A DNA stretch of 64,000 bases from the human T2T-CHM13v2.0 reference genome, Homo sapiens. Numbering within the stretch: the first letter of the stretch is position 1; each line of letters begins with the position of its first letter. Shown here piece by piece: positions 48,931-64,000 of this stretch. A program made the translations under genes and the position numbers. The stretch lies in NCBI RefSeq assembly GCF_009914755.1, contig NC_060932.1; one strand, 5' to 3'. Under the pieces are notes generated by a model that was not told the DNA's origin, made no database searches, and saw only the letters and a list, made by a program, of their open reading frames with translations.

Positions 48931-49495
48931 GCCAGATATTTGTCTCATCTACCAAACTGAGATTTCCTTGAATGCAGGATAAAACCAGATTGGTGGAAGT
49001 AGAAATCAGAAACAATCTTTTTCTTCTGGTCTGCCTCTCTTCTGTAAGAGTTGGGAGGCTTTTGGCTACAAGAAACAAACAATCTGAGGTACACTGTCTT
49101 GAATAATAAGGAGGAGAAGGGGAGGCATGCAATGGGCACTGGCCTGTGTAGCATTTTCCCGGGGATAATCACATTGACACTTACCAAGGAAGTAATTGAA
49201 AAATCCTAACAGGAAAGATGCAGAAATTTCATGAAAAGAAAACTACAATGTCATTTATCACTAAATTCTCTGACAGCTCCAGCAAAGATATCTAACCAAC
49301 CCTATTAGGCATTCAATCTCTATTAATGAGAGAAAAATATGTGAATTTATAATTCCACTGCAAAAGATTTGTAGAGAATTGCCAGCTGACTTGGCTGCAA
49401 GAAGGATTAAACAAAAAAAGGTATGTCAAAATTTCTGTCCTTCATGGAATATTCACGGATAGAAGCAGCCCTGTGTTTCCCTTCCAGATGAATAC

Positions 49496-49686
49496 TAGAG
49501 TCACCAGATTTTCCCAATAGAAATTCAAGGTGCTTGGTTCAATGTGAATTTCAGATTTCAAAAGTAACATTTTAGTATAAGTATGTCCCAAATATTGCAT
49601 GGGGCAAACTAATACTACAAAGTTATTCTTTATTTATCTAAAACTCAAATTGAACTGGGTGTCTGATATTTCATCTAGTAACTCCA
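49496..49686. mobile_element. MER53 palindromic hAT MITE
   Basis: Central tttagtataagtatgtcccaaatattgcatgggg and inverted arms. Confidence 0.85.
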
Positions 49687-49777
49687 GTGGAAACAGAAAT
49701 TCACTTCAAAATATAATTATCAATAGAATTAAAATATCATCATTTTGCAACCCTTAATGAAATAATGGATATAGAAT

Positions 49778-49960
49778 TGTGATTTTTGAAGTGTGGTTCC
49801 CTGCGCAGAGGCATCACCACCTTCTGGGAACTCGGTAAAATGCAAATCCTTAGGACTCACTTCATCCCTACTAAAGCAGAAACCTTGGGGTTGGGGTCCT
49901 CAAATGTATGTTTTAGCACATATTGGTATGGTGATTCTAATCAATGAGTTGAGAACCACT
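49778..49960. mobile_element. MER5-type hAT MITE
   Basis: aagtgtggttccc...aaatgcaaat...gttgagaaccact. Confidence 0.75.
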
Positions 49961-49974
49961 TACCTAAGCAATTT

Positions 49975-50757
<783 letters not shown>

Positions 50758-50825
50758 ATTAGAGCAATGGTCATCAGTGCCTGCTAAAATCATTTGCTAA
50801 AAAGGCAATGCTATTAATACAGTAA

Positions 50826-51206
<381 letters not shown>

Positions 51207-52014
51207 TAAAACTTATTTTATACACATACACAGTTTATGTCTTTTCAACTAACCTTTTATTTATAAGGTTTCTAGTTATAGATAAATAAGAATAACCGTC
51301 GGGTATATTTAGGAAATCAAGAGGCCCAGACTGCATATTAGTAGTCAACATACTATTGACCAGAGTGAGCAAGGCAGGTAAGCAGCACTGTTGAAGACTG
51401 TGGTCTAAACAGAGCTTCAGCTGTTTGTTTGGAATGATGTCTCACACAAGAAGTGTAATGTACCTATTTTCAGCCTTTTTATTCTGAGCAACAGGAATAT
51501 CCTTGGTAAATCATTCTGGGAATAGGCCTAGTAATAACTTGAGAAACAAAGGAATGAGTTAAGCACAGATGTCCCAGAGGCCTCAGCACAGCCACAGAAA
51601 GAAATTTTTATATCATGACTTTACCACAGACACAGAATGCATCAAATTTTAAGTTTCCCAAGAAAGGGTTCTCATTTTCTTCACATATTCTGTTTGTACT
51701 TAATCCTGTCTAAATTAGCATGAAGGAGAAATATTTATATAAATGCAACCAGTTACCTAAAATATAGAAAAATAAGGGATTTTCTGTTTCTTTTTATTTC
51801 TATTGAAACTATCATCTGTGGCCTTGTAAAACCTCTGCCAACATTTCTGGCTGGCAAAAAATCTTTAATTTTTGTTCATTGAAGTATCACTATCCTCATA
51901 GTATTAATAGTAACATATAGCTGTTAAAAATGCACATTATAAGATATAGATCAATATGTCTATATGAATGACATGGACCCTCTTCTCAAGAAATTTACCT
52001 TTGGAGAGTTTCTT

Positions 52015-52393
<379 letters not shown>

Positions 52394-53182
52394 TAGGCAT
52401 GTGACAATGGCACTGTCATTGTACCACGTGGCAGCTCTGCTCCAAGACATATCCGAACAGCTCACTACCCCAGCATTGGGAGCTTATCTCCTCTTTTATA
52501 AATTTCTTCTAATCTGGATAACTTTTAAAATCTTACCATCTGACATGAAGAATGATTCACATAAGGATCATACAGTTCCCTTTAGCCCTGACATTTTATA
52601 GGACTATAATTCTGTCAGCTTTTGAAAGACTTTGGAATTCAAAAGAAGAATAAAGCAAATCTCACTCATTCTTCAAGGCCCAACTCAAATCTCATGTCCT
52701 CCCTGACACCTCCTCCTCCCCTATCACTGCCTTCTGTAAACTCCTCTAAAAATTATGGTACCCCAGGCTCAGGCAAGAACAAACTAGGCTCTCAGGAAAA
52801 GGGCTGTTGAGAATGAGAAAGATGCTAGAATAAGTTAGAATAGAAAATTATGAAAACCAACAAGGAGTATGGCCAGCATTTCAAAGGGCATTCTACTGGT
52901 AAGTACAGTGGTCTCAGCCTTGGGTAGAATGGCTGTCACCATGCAGGAAGGTATGTGGAGAAGGGCAGAACACATCCAGATGGAAGAGGTTATTCTGTTA
53001 TAGGTTCTAATTATCATTCCAATGATAGCAAAATCATTGTTGGTGAGGGTAGGCTAGGAACAGCATTGAGCTCCACAGGGAAGGGTACTGGCGAGAGAAT
53101 GCAGATAGGCAGAGTGCTGAGAAACGGTTAATTGGGCTGGTCTCAGTGACAGTGGAAGTCTCACATGGAAACAAGGAAAAGA

Positions 53183-53242
<60 letters not shown>

Positions 53243-53263
53243 CAAAGAGAAAGAGAGAGAGAG
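53183..53263. repeat. Compound (GT)n(GA)n microsatellite
   Basis: Directly visible. Confidence 0.97.
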
Positions 53264-53284
53264 AAGGATATAGGGTCTGAGTCA

Positions 53285-53749
<465 letters not shown>

Positions 53750-56054
53750 TCAGCTGTATCTTCCCAGGGCTGAAACTGTAGCAAGTAGAGTGAATAGTGA
53801 ATAATGAAATAATGAATTATTGAATAATGAATTATTGATATTGAATAATGAATTATTGAATAATCAAGATTATTCAATAAAATGAGGAAGGCAGGAGCTG
53901 ATAGTTTATTTTAATCATTTTACTTTCTGATCATTCCATGTGTGTCTAGCTAGAAAATAATGAAATACTAATACAAAATATAGAATTACAGGTATTTTCT
54001 ATAATAAGCTCATTGTATGCAATACACACAAATATTACCCATAATATAGCTTATGTATATTTAACACAATTCTACATATTGGGAAGTGCTCAATTACTAT
54101 CTGTTGAATTAAACATTGGCATACTGAGACTCACAAATCATTATTCTTTCATTTTCCAGCTTTGACTGCATTAATTTGCTAAATGTAATGATGCATTGAA
54201 GCTCTTGTCTTTACATAATCCTAAGAGCTGGGTAAAGCACTCCAGTTATTTTTTAGAACTCTTCTCTGTCCCACAGGGCAAGAAAGCAGCCTCTGTTTAG
54301 AGACTATGCCCAGGACATAGCTCATGGTAGGGCCTGTTGACTAGGAGTCATTAAACCAACTGCTAGAGATAGGGAGGGGTGGGAGGCGGGAAAGGTTTAC
54401 AGAATGAAATCACAGAAGTCATAACATCTCCAGGCCCAGTCACTGTTGCAACAGGTGACAAGTTCTCACTCTCTCCTTACAGCAATCAACAGATTCCCTA
54501 AAATTCCTTTCTAAAAATCTTCAAAGTATTTTGCCTCTTCTTATTCCACTGCCTTCACCCTCTTCCAAACCAGTCACTGATCACACACACATAGCAATTC
54601 ATACATTTATACACATGCACACACACACAATGTAACTTCTAATAGCCTAAAGAAGTATGACTCACAGGTTGGAGTTGGGGGGAAGGAGGTGTTTTTTATT
54701 TTTCAGCTTGAAAAATAGTGTCTTACTATGTGGTTATAACAGTCTATCCCTTTTCATAACATATTTGAGATTCATGAGATTTAAAATATCACTAGCTTTT
54801 ATGCTTTTATTTAAAAATTGGGAAAACAATTCCAGTAAGATGCGAATCCTTAAATAATTGCTACAAGCTTAGTAACAAGGGGCTATTTACTCCTTGCTTA
54901 TGTGAATTGGGAGGGTCTTCCAAAAAAGGTTACAATAAGAAAAAGACAGCTTACTGTACTCTATTTAAGTGAAAAGAATTGATTCAGATGACAGACCAAC
55001 TACCAGACACAGCAGCCAGACGAAGAGCCGTTTATGCAGAGCTGCTTTAGTCTCACTAGATAAAGAAAGGAAGGAAATCAGAGACTTTATTTTAACGATC
55101 CTATCCTGTCTTCCATCATAATGTAAACAACCATCCCCCTTTCTAGCCAGATGACATGGTTTTCCATAGCCTCACACAGCCACAAATGTGAGCCACACTA
55201 AATAGCTGTTGCTGGCAGAAGATAAGGAAGAAAGAAAGTGCCCAAATGAGGTTTATTTATTTTATCTGAGACTGCAACTGTCAGACTGCAAATACCATAC
55301 ACTTTATTCTGGACAGGCTGTCAACTTCAAAGAAGAGGTACATGGAGAAGAGTCTGGAATCTTCTCACCACCATTAAGCAAAGCCCCGCCAAGTTAAGCT
55401 GAACTTCTCTAGTGTCTGTGAAATGAAACACACACACTGTAGATTGCAATTTTGCTGGCAGGTAGGTGTTGCTAAGAAGGCCATTGCTTTTTAAGGGGGT
55501 CAAGAACTGCCAAGGAAGAAAACTAAGTGCACAGTGGACAAAAGCTGGAGTTTGTATTAACCTTTGGCCAACAGTATTCCTGGCTTTTTGGCATTACTCA
55601 TTTCAGGATATTTTAAGAAAGAGGACTGTGTTTTCTGACTGTAAATGTGAGTGCAGCAGGTTGAACCAGGATACACCAAATATTTTTCTAACTGAGGGAG
55701 ACCAATGTAGAATTTAGATGCCAACAAGATGACTAAACAGCCATTTGTCTCATATTTACTCATTTAAGGCTGATGGGAGTGGAAAGAAACAGCTGGTGTG
55801 AGCTATTTCTATTGGGAAGCAATAAGATACACCATACCATAGGAGATTATTTTAAACCCAAGGTATATTATTGACACAGGTCTTTTATAGAAACGTCACA
55901 TTCTGTCAGCTTTGTCAATAATGTACACGCACAAAAAAGTTTAAACTGGATCTCCTTGGTGAAGAATTTGTTTGTTTGTTTGCTTGCTTGTTTTTTGACA
56001 GCACACTTTACCTTTCAACCATGAAGTAATTTGTATGATAAAACAGAGGAGTTT

Positions 56055-56365
<311 letters not shown>

Positions 56366-57081
56366 GAAGTAAGAAAATTGCAGACCAAGATGCTCAGAAG
56401 AGGCTACAGGGGGCAGGACATAATCTTGAATGAACTTAAGACTCACATGATAGAAAGGGAAGGACATTTTTGACAGCAGCTATGATATAAAAATAATGGT
56501 ATTTATGGGAAAGATTGAAATCATATCTAGTATGGTTTCAGATTACAATTACATGAAACTGGAAATTAATAATGGAATATTGAAAAACTCACAAATTTGT
56601 GGAACTTAAGCAACATGCTACTGAACAACCAATGTATCAAAGAAAAATCCAAAGGTAAATTAAATGATATATTGAGAAAAATGCCAATGGAAACACAATA
56701 TACTAAAACCTATGGAATACAGCAAAGACAATTCTAAAAGTGAAGTTTATAGTGATAAAAACCTATATTTAAGAAGATAAAAGATGCCAAATAAATAATC
56801 TAACATTATATCGCAAGAAACTAGAAAAAGAACAAACTAAACCCAAAATTTGCAGAAGGGAAGAAGTAATAAAAATCAGAACAGAAACAAATCAGAGAAT
56901 AGAAAAATGAAAGAAATAAATAACAAAACTAAGTTGCTTTTTTGAACAAACAAAATTGGCAAACCTTTAGCTAGTCTAAGAAAACAAGAAAAAAGACTAA
57001 AATAAATTTTTAAAAAACGGATAGTGAAGAAATTAACACAGATGCTTCAGAAATAAAAAGAATCATAAGGGTATGTTATGA

Positions 57082-57347
<266 letters not shown>

Positions 57348-59535
57348 TCATTATGAATAATTTTATGATAAAAAAATTAGATAACCTGGAGGAAATGGAT
57401 AAATTCCTAAAAAAAATACAACCTACCAAGAGTGAGTCAGAAAGAAGTAAAAAAATTAACAGACCAGTAACAAATAAAAAGGTTGAGGAAATAATTTTTT
57501 AAAACTTCCCAATAAGGAAAAACTCAAATTGAGATGGCTACCTAGCTGTATTCTACCAAACATTCAAAGAAGAATTAATACCAATACTTCTTAAAATCTG
57601 CCAAAAAATAGAGCTAGAGGAAATACTTTCAAACACATTTTATGAGGCCAGCATCATCTTGATACTTAAGCTAGACAAAGACATTACAAGAAAAGAAAGC
57701 TACAGACCAATCTCTCTAATGCATATTGATGCAAGAATTCTCAATAAAATATTAGGAAACCAGATCCAATAATAAGTCAAAAATATTACATATGATCAAA
57801 TAGGATTTAGCCCTGGCATGAAATGCTGGCTTAACATATACAAATTAATCAATATGATACATCACATTTAATAGAATGAAAGATAAAAACCACATGATTA
57901 GCTCCATTGACACAAAACAGCATTGACAAAATCTAACATCCTTTCTTGAAAAATCTCTCAACAGTTTAGGTATAGAAGAAAAGATTTTCAACATAATAAA
58001 TGCCATTTATGAAATACCCATGGCTAACATTATAATCAATGGAGAAAAAAACTCTGAAAGCTAAGATCCTGTAAAAGGTAAGGATGCCCACTCTAGTACT
58101 GTTCAACACAGTACTAGAAGTATTAGCAAGAACAATCAAACAAGAAAGAAAAATATCCAAATTGGAAAGGAAGAAGTAAAATTATCTCTATTTGTAGATG
58201 TCATGATCCTCCATGTAAAAAAAAAATTCCCAACAATTATACACACACACACCAGTTAGAACTAATAAAATCATTAAAGTTGCAGGACTCAAAACCAACA
58301 TATAGTAGAATTTCTATACACAAATAATGACCTAACTAAAAAGAAATTTTTTTAAATCTCATTTATAATAGTTTAAAGAAAATAAAATACTTAGGAATAA
58401 ATTTACCTAAAAAGGTAAAAGATCTGTACAATGAAAATAATAAAATATTGATGAAAGAAATTAAAGAAGGCACAAACAAGTTGAAAGACATCCCATGCTC
58501 ATGGACCAGAAGAAATAATATTGTTAAAATACCCATACTGCCCAGAGCAATATACAAATCCAATACAATCCCTATCAAAATCCCAATAGCATTATTCACA
58601 GAATTTTCTAATCCTAAAATTCCTGTGACATCATGAAAGACCCTGAATAGCCAAAAGAATTCTGAGAAAGAAAAGCAAAGTTGGAAGCACCACACTTCCT
58701 GATTTCAAATCATGTTCTAAATCTGCAATAATGAAAACAGTATGGTACTGACATAAAAACAAACACATAGACCAGTGGAACAGAACAAAGGGCCCAGAAA
58801 TAAATCCAAACATATATGGTCAACTAACTTTTGACATGGACACTAAGACAACAAAATGGGAAAAGCATAATCTCTTCAATAAATTGTGCTGGGAAAACTG
58901 GATTTTTATATCCAAAAGAATGAAATTGGACCCTTATTTTACACCATACACAAAAGTAAAGTCAAAATAGATTTTAAAAAACTTAAATGTAAGAATAGAA
59001 ACTGTAAAACTCTTAGAAGAGAACATAAGTAAGAGCACCTGGACACTGGCCTTGGCAATGATTCTTTTGAATACTGTACCAAAAACTCAGGCCAAGAAAG
59101 CAAAAACAAATAAGTGAGACTACATCCTTGCACAGCAAGGAGAACAACCAACAAAACAAAAGAGCAAACTACAGATTGGGAAAAAATATTTGCAAACCAT
59201 ATCTCTGATAAGAGGTTAATATCCAAAATTTATTAAGAACTCACCAACTCAACAGTAGAAAAACAACCTGAATAAAAACTGAGCAAAAAACCTGAATAGA
59301 CATTCTTCAAAGAAGGTATGAAAATGGCCAACAGGCATATGAAAATGTGCCCAACATTATTAATCATCAATAAAATACAGTCAAAACCACTATGAGATGC
59401 CACCTCACACCCACTAGGATGGTTATTTTCAAAGTTAAAAGATAAATTTTGGTGAAGATGTGGAGAAAAGAGAACTCTTGTATACTGTTGGTGAGAATGT
59501 AGATTGGTACAGCCATTATGAAAAACAGTATGGAG

Positions 59536-59857
59536 GGCCAGGTGCAGTGGCTCATGCCTGTAATCCCAGCACTTTGGGAAGCCAAGGTGGGAGGATCATG
59601 AGGTCAAGAGATCAAGACTATCCTGGCCAACATGGTGAAACCCTGTCTCTACTAAAAATACAAAAATTAGCTGGGCGTGGTGGCGGGCACCTGTAGTCCC
59701 AGCTACTCAAGAGGCTGAGGCAGGAGAATCACTTGGAGGCAGGAGAATCACTTGAACGCAGGAGGTGGAGGTGGTAGTATGCTGAGGCACTCCAGCCTGG
59801 TGACAGAGTGAGACTTTGTCTCAAAAAAAAAAAAAAGAAAAAGAAAAAAGAAAACAA
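59536..59857 (+). mobile_element. AluS with a small internal tandem duplication
   Basis: gaggcaggagaatcacttg occurs twice; TSD aaa(c/t)agtatggag. Confidence 0.93.
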
Positions 59858-59895
59858 AAATAGTATGGAGGTTTCTAAATAAATTAGAAATAGAA

Positions 59896-59944
<49 letters not shown>
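59896..59944. repeat. (CA)n microsatellite
   Basis: Directly visible. Confidence 0.97.
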
Positions 59945-59946
<2 letters not shown>

Positions 59947-60473
59947 GCTCAATGGAATATCATTCAGCCCCGAAAAATAATGAGAACTCACATTTTGCCA
60001 CAATGTACATGAATGTGGAGGACATTATACCAGGTAAAATAAGCCAGACACAGAAAGAAAAAAATTGCATGATCTTATTTATATGTAGAATATTTTTAAA
60101 AATTGAATATACAGAGAGAACAAAACAGTGACAGGCCTGGAGAAAGGGAATGGAGAGGAAATGGGGAGATGTAGGACAGAGGATAAAAAGTAGCAAATAT
60201 TTGAGATAAACAAATCTAAAGATCTAATGTACAACATGAGACTATAGGTAATAAACTTGTACTATATTTGGAATTCATGCTAAATAAGTAGATTTTAGCA
60301 TGCTCTTGTCACAAAAATAACAAAAAAAATGGGTAACTGTGAGACTATGGCTACATTAATTTGCTTCCCTAAAGTAACCTTTTGTACTATCTATATGTAT
60401 CCCATAATATCATATTGTATATCTTAAATATACACAAGAAAACTTATTTTTAAAATAAGAGACTTGGGGTCTG

Positions 60474-61096
<623 letters not shown>

Positions 61097-61154
61097 TTAT
61101 AGTCTGGTTTTCCCCTTGTATTCCTCACCATTATGATGAGTCTTTTTGAATAAC

Positions 61155-61513
61155 TATTAGTCTGTTCTTACGCTGCTGATAAAGACATACCCAAAGCCCT
61201 AATTTACAAAGGAAACAGGTTTAATTGACTCACCGTTCCACATGGCTGGGGAGAACTCACAATCATGATGAAAGGTGAATGAAGAGCAAAGTCACGTCTT
61301 ACATGGCAGCAGGCAAGAGAGCATGTGCAGAGGAACTCCCCTTTATAAAGCCATCAGATCTCATGAGATGTATTCACTGTCACAAGAACAGCATGGAAAG
61401 ACTCACCCCCATGATTCAATTACCTCCCACCATGTCCCTCCCATGACATGTGGGAATTATGGGAGCTACAACTCAAGATGAGATTTGGGTGGGGACACAA
61501 CCAAACCATATTG
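61155..61513 (-). mobile_element. THE1 solo LTR
   Basis: tattagtctgttctt...ggaactcccctttataaa...ccaaaccatat. Confidence 0.92.
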
Positions 61514-62086
61514 TTAACCTAGAAACTTATTCTACTATACAGATAAGGAGTTGTTTCAATTCAGGTGTATGGATCTCAGTCAATACTGGGAAGCAAAAAG
61601 TTATTTACAATTATAATATTTAATGAGTCTGAAATTAGAATACAACGTCAGGAAACCAATTTTTCTCCTAATTTTTAAGCATACGTTTTAGAGGAAGGAT
61701 GCATTATTTTTTAAAGTTTTTTTCTATTATAAATGCAATATATAATTATAGAAAAATTAGATGATATTGGAAAGGTAGAAAAGTAAAAAATACATATTTT
61801 TCTCAGTTTTGTCTATGCATAATTTTTTTCTTATTTGTTTCACATAGTTGAACTTGCCTACTTATGTTTAATAATATTTATCATTTTTCTCATTACAAAA
61901 GCAATCAATTGCCACTGGAGAAATTTAGAGAATACGAAAACCACTAAGGACCAATAAAAGTCAGCTATGGCTCCACACCCACATGCAACCACTTAAAATT
62001 TTATTTTTGTAGAAAAGCAAACAAAGATACAAACATTAAATCATGCAAATCAGACCTGATGAAAAATAACTTAGAAAAACTTTCTT

Positions 62087-62371
<285 letters not shown>

Positions 62372-62694
62372 CAAAACTTTCTCAATTTCAGGTTTCTCTG
62401 TCTAGACACAAGTACTCCTACTTGAGAAATACTTTTTCTTTCTCCCTGCTTTTGTCCATCATCCTACAAGAGTTTTCTCTGGATTCTCCTAGCCATAGAG
62501 AAGGCATCACCTCTCACGTGTTGCCTGGAGCAATCTCTGTTCAGGCTGGTCATCACCCCTCTTTGAAACAGTAGCTTTAAATTTAACCTGATTGGAGGCT
62601 CTTACAAAGCAATCTCCTCAGTGGTGTTCCCCTCTCACCTCTGCAGAGTGTCTCTCTCCTGGATAGAATCACAGCTATGATACATAAAAGCAGT

Positions 62695-62850
62695 ACAATC
62701 TGGGCAAGTTTCTTACTTCGACCTCCTCAATCCTACAGTAGAAACAATAATAGCATATACATGAAATTGTGGCAAAGATTACATGACTCAACATACCCAA
62801 GGCTCTTAGAATAGTGCTTGGCATGCAGTAAACCCTAGATACACGTTACT
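62695..62850 (+). mobile_element. MIR fragment
   Basis: tgggcaagttt...cttagaatagtgcttggcatgcagtaa. Confidence 0.65.
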
Positions 62851-64000
62851 GTCATATGGGGTTGACCTTCCAAGTGAATTTCTTCTTTTAGCTATTTTAT
62901 TAATAATTCTGTGTTATTTTTTAGTTATTAGTGTAAAATGAGATGATGTTTTGAAATATCTGTGTGTACTATAAGACCTTGGTGTTGGCATTTATCTCCA
63001 GACTTTTTTTTTCTCCAGACTTTTCAGAAGGAAAAATCCTGTCTTGGGGCTACAAGGTTTTCACACACCTGTGCCCCACCTTATCACTCTAACTTTATCT
63101 CTTTATCCCTGCGGGCCCCAGTTCCATCAATGTCTGCTCAGCTTGACGTTGTTCTCCAGTAAACCAGACCTTGCTCAAATCCCAAAACTTCTTTCAAATT
63201 CTGCCCCTGTTAATCCCTCTAAAAACTTTCTGGTGGCATTGCTGATTTGTGGATGCCACTTTTTATGCATAACTCTCTCTTTTTCTTCTACATTTGCCTT
63301 TTGTTGCCTCATCTGAACTATAACTTATTGAAGATAATGTTCCTTCCTTCTAAAGCACCTAACACAAAAGGACCGATTTTTGTACATTTTGTTTTTGTTA
63401 GTATTTTTAGAGCCAAATTCATCTTTCACAGAATCTATGAAGATGTATATACTGGTAATGTTTGGGACTTAGTGAGGAAGAATTTCCAGAAAAATTATAG
63501 TAAAGATTGAAGTGTAAAAAGATGTAAATAAACAGAAAAAAATGTAAATATCATAAGTTGTCTAACCTACAAAGTAAAGCTACCGTAGCTTTTTTTTGTC
63601 CATATTTCACTGGCTGTTGTGATAAATCACTCCAAAGAGCTGTTGCATTCTCCAGGGTTCCTGAGGTCACTACTTTCTAGCCCTGCACTAAAAACCAGGT
63701 CCTACATAGGACAAATACTCTTCAAAATATCTATTCTTCCTAATAAAATTGATTTACACATCTAATTTAGGTTTATTGAAGACATTTTAGAAAATAAATT
63801 TTTTACTCAATAAATAATTTACTCAATAATTTACTCAATAATTATTTGAGTAAATAATACAGGCAAATAATTAATATCTTTGCTATGTTAAATCTATTTT
63901 GATTTTGCTATTAATTTGATTCACATTGTGTTGTAAAATACAAAGTATATAATTTAAACGCAATAGCACCCATCAAACATATACACATTCGTGAACTTTG

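Noticed and set aside
49496-49686. Long imperfect hairpin as a novel ncRNA
   Set aside because: Explained by the palindromic MER53 MITE

Overview
Primate (hominoid-type) genomic DNA, largely made of interspersed repeats: about 26 Alus, young L1PA and old L1M LINEs, MaLR LTRs, a decayed class III (ERVL-type) provirus at about 0.6-10.2 kb, hAT/mariner MITEs, MIR and L2. I find no credible protein-coding gene, rRNA, tRNA or CRISPR array. The long ORFs in the track are L1 ORF2 fragments, Alu read-throughs or chance ORFs. The most unusual structure is a young 5'-truncated L1PA (12580-13630) whose 5' end carries a 148-bp inverted copy of the flanking target DNA inside the target-site duplication, with a visible self-priming mini-hairpin. 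It leaves a near-perfect 314-bp palindrome. Other points of note: a twin-primed (5'-inverted) L1PA2-like insertion; an ERVL provirus with an env-TM-like remnant and a second diverged gag/pro copy; a 30-bp templated insertion into a MIR that copies a splice-acceptor-like site and lies among possible non-coding exons; an Alu-associated deletion in an old L1; and several small tandem-plus-foldback scars. Repeat subfamily calls are from recalled consensus sequences, and boundaries of old repeats are approximate.
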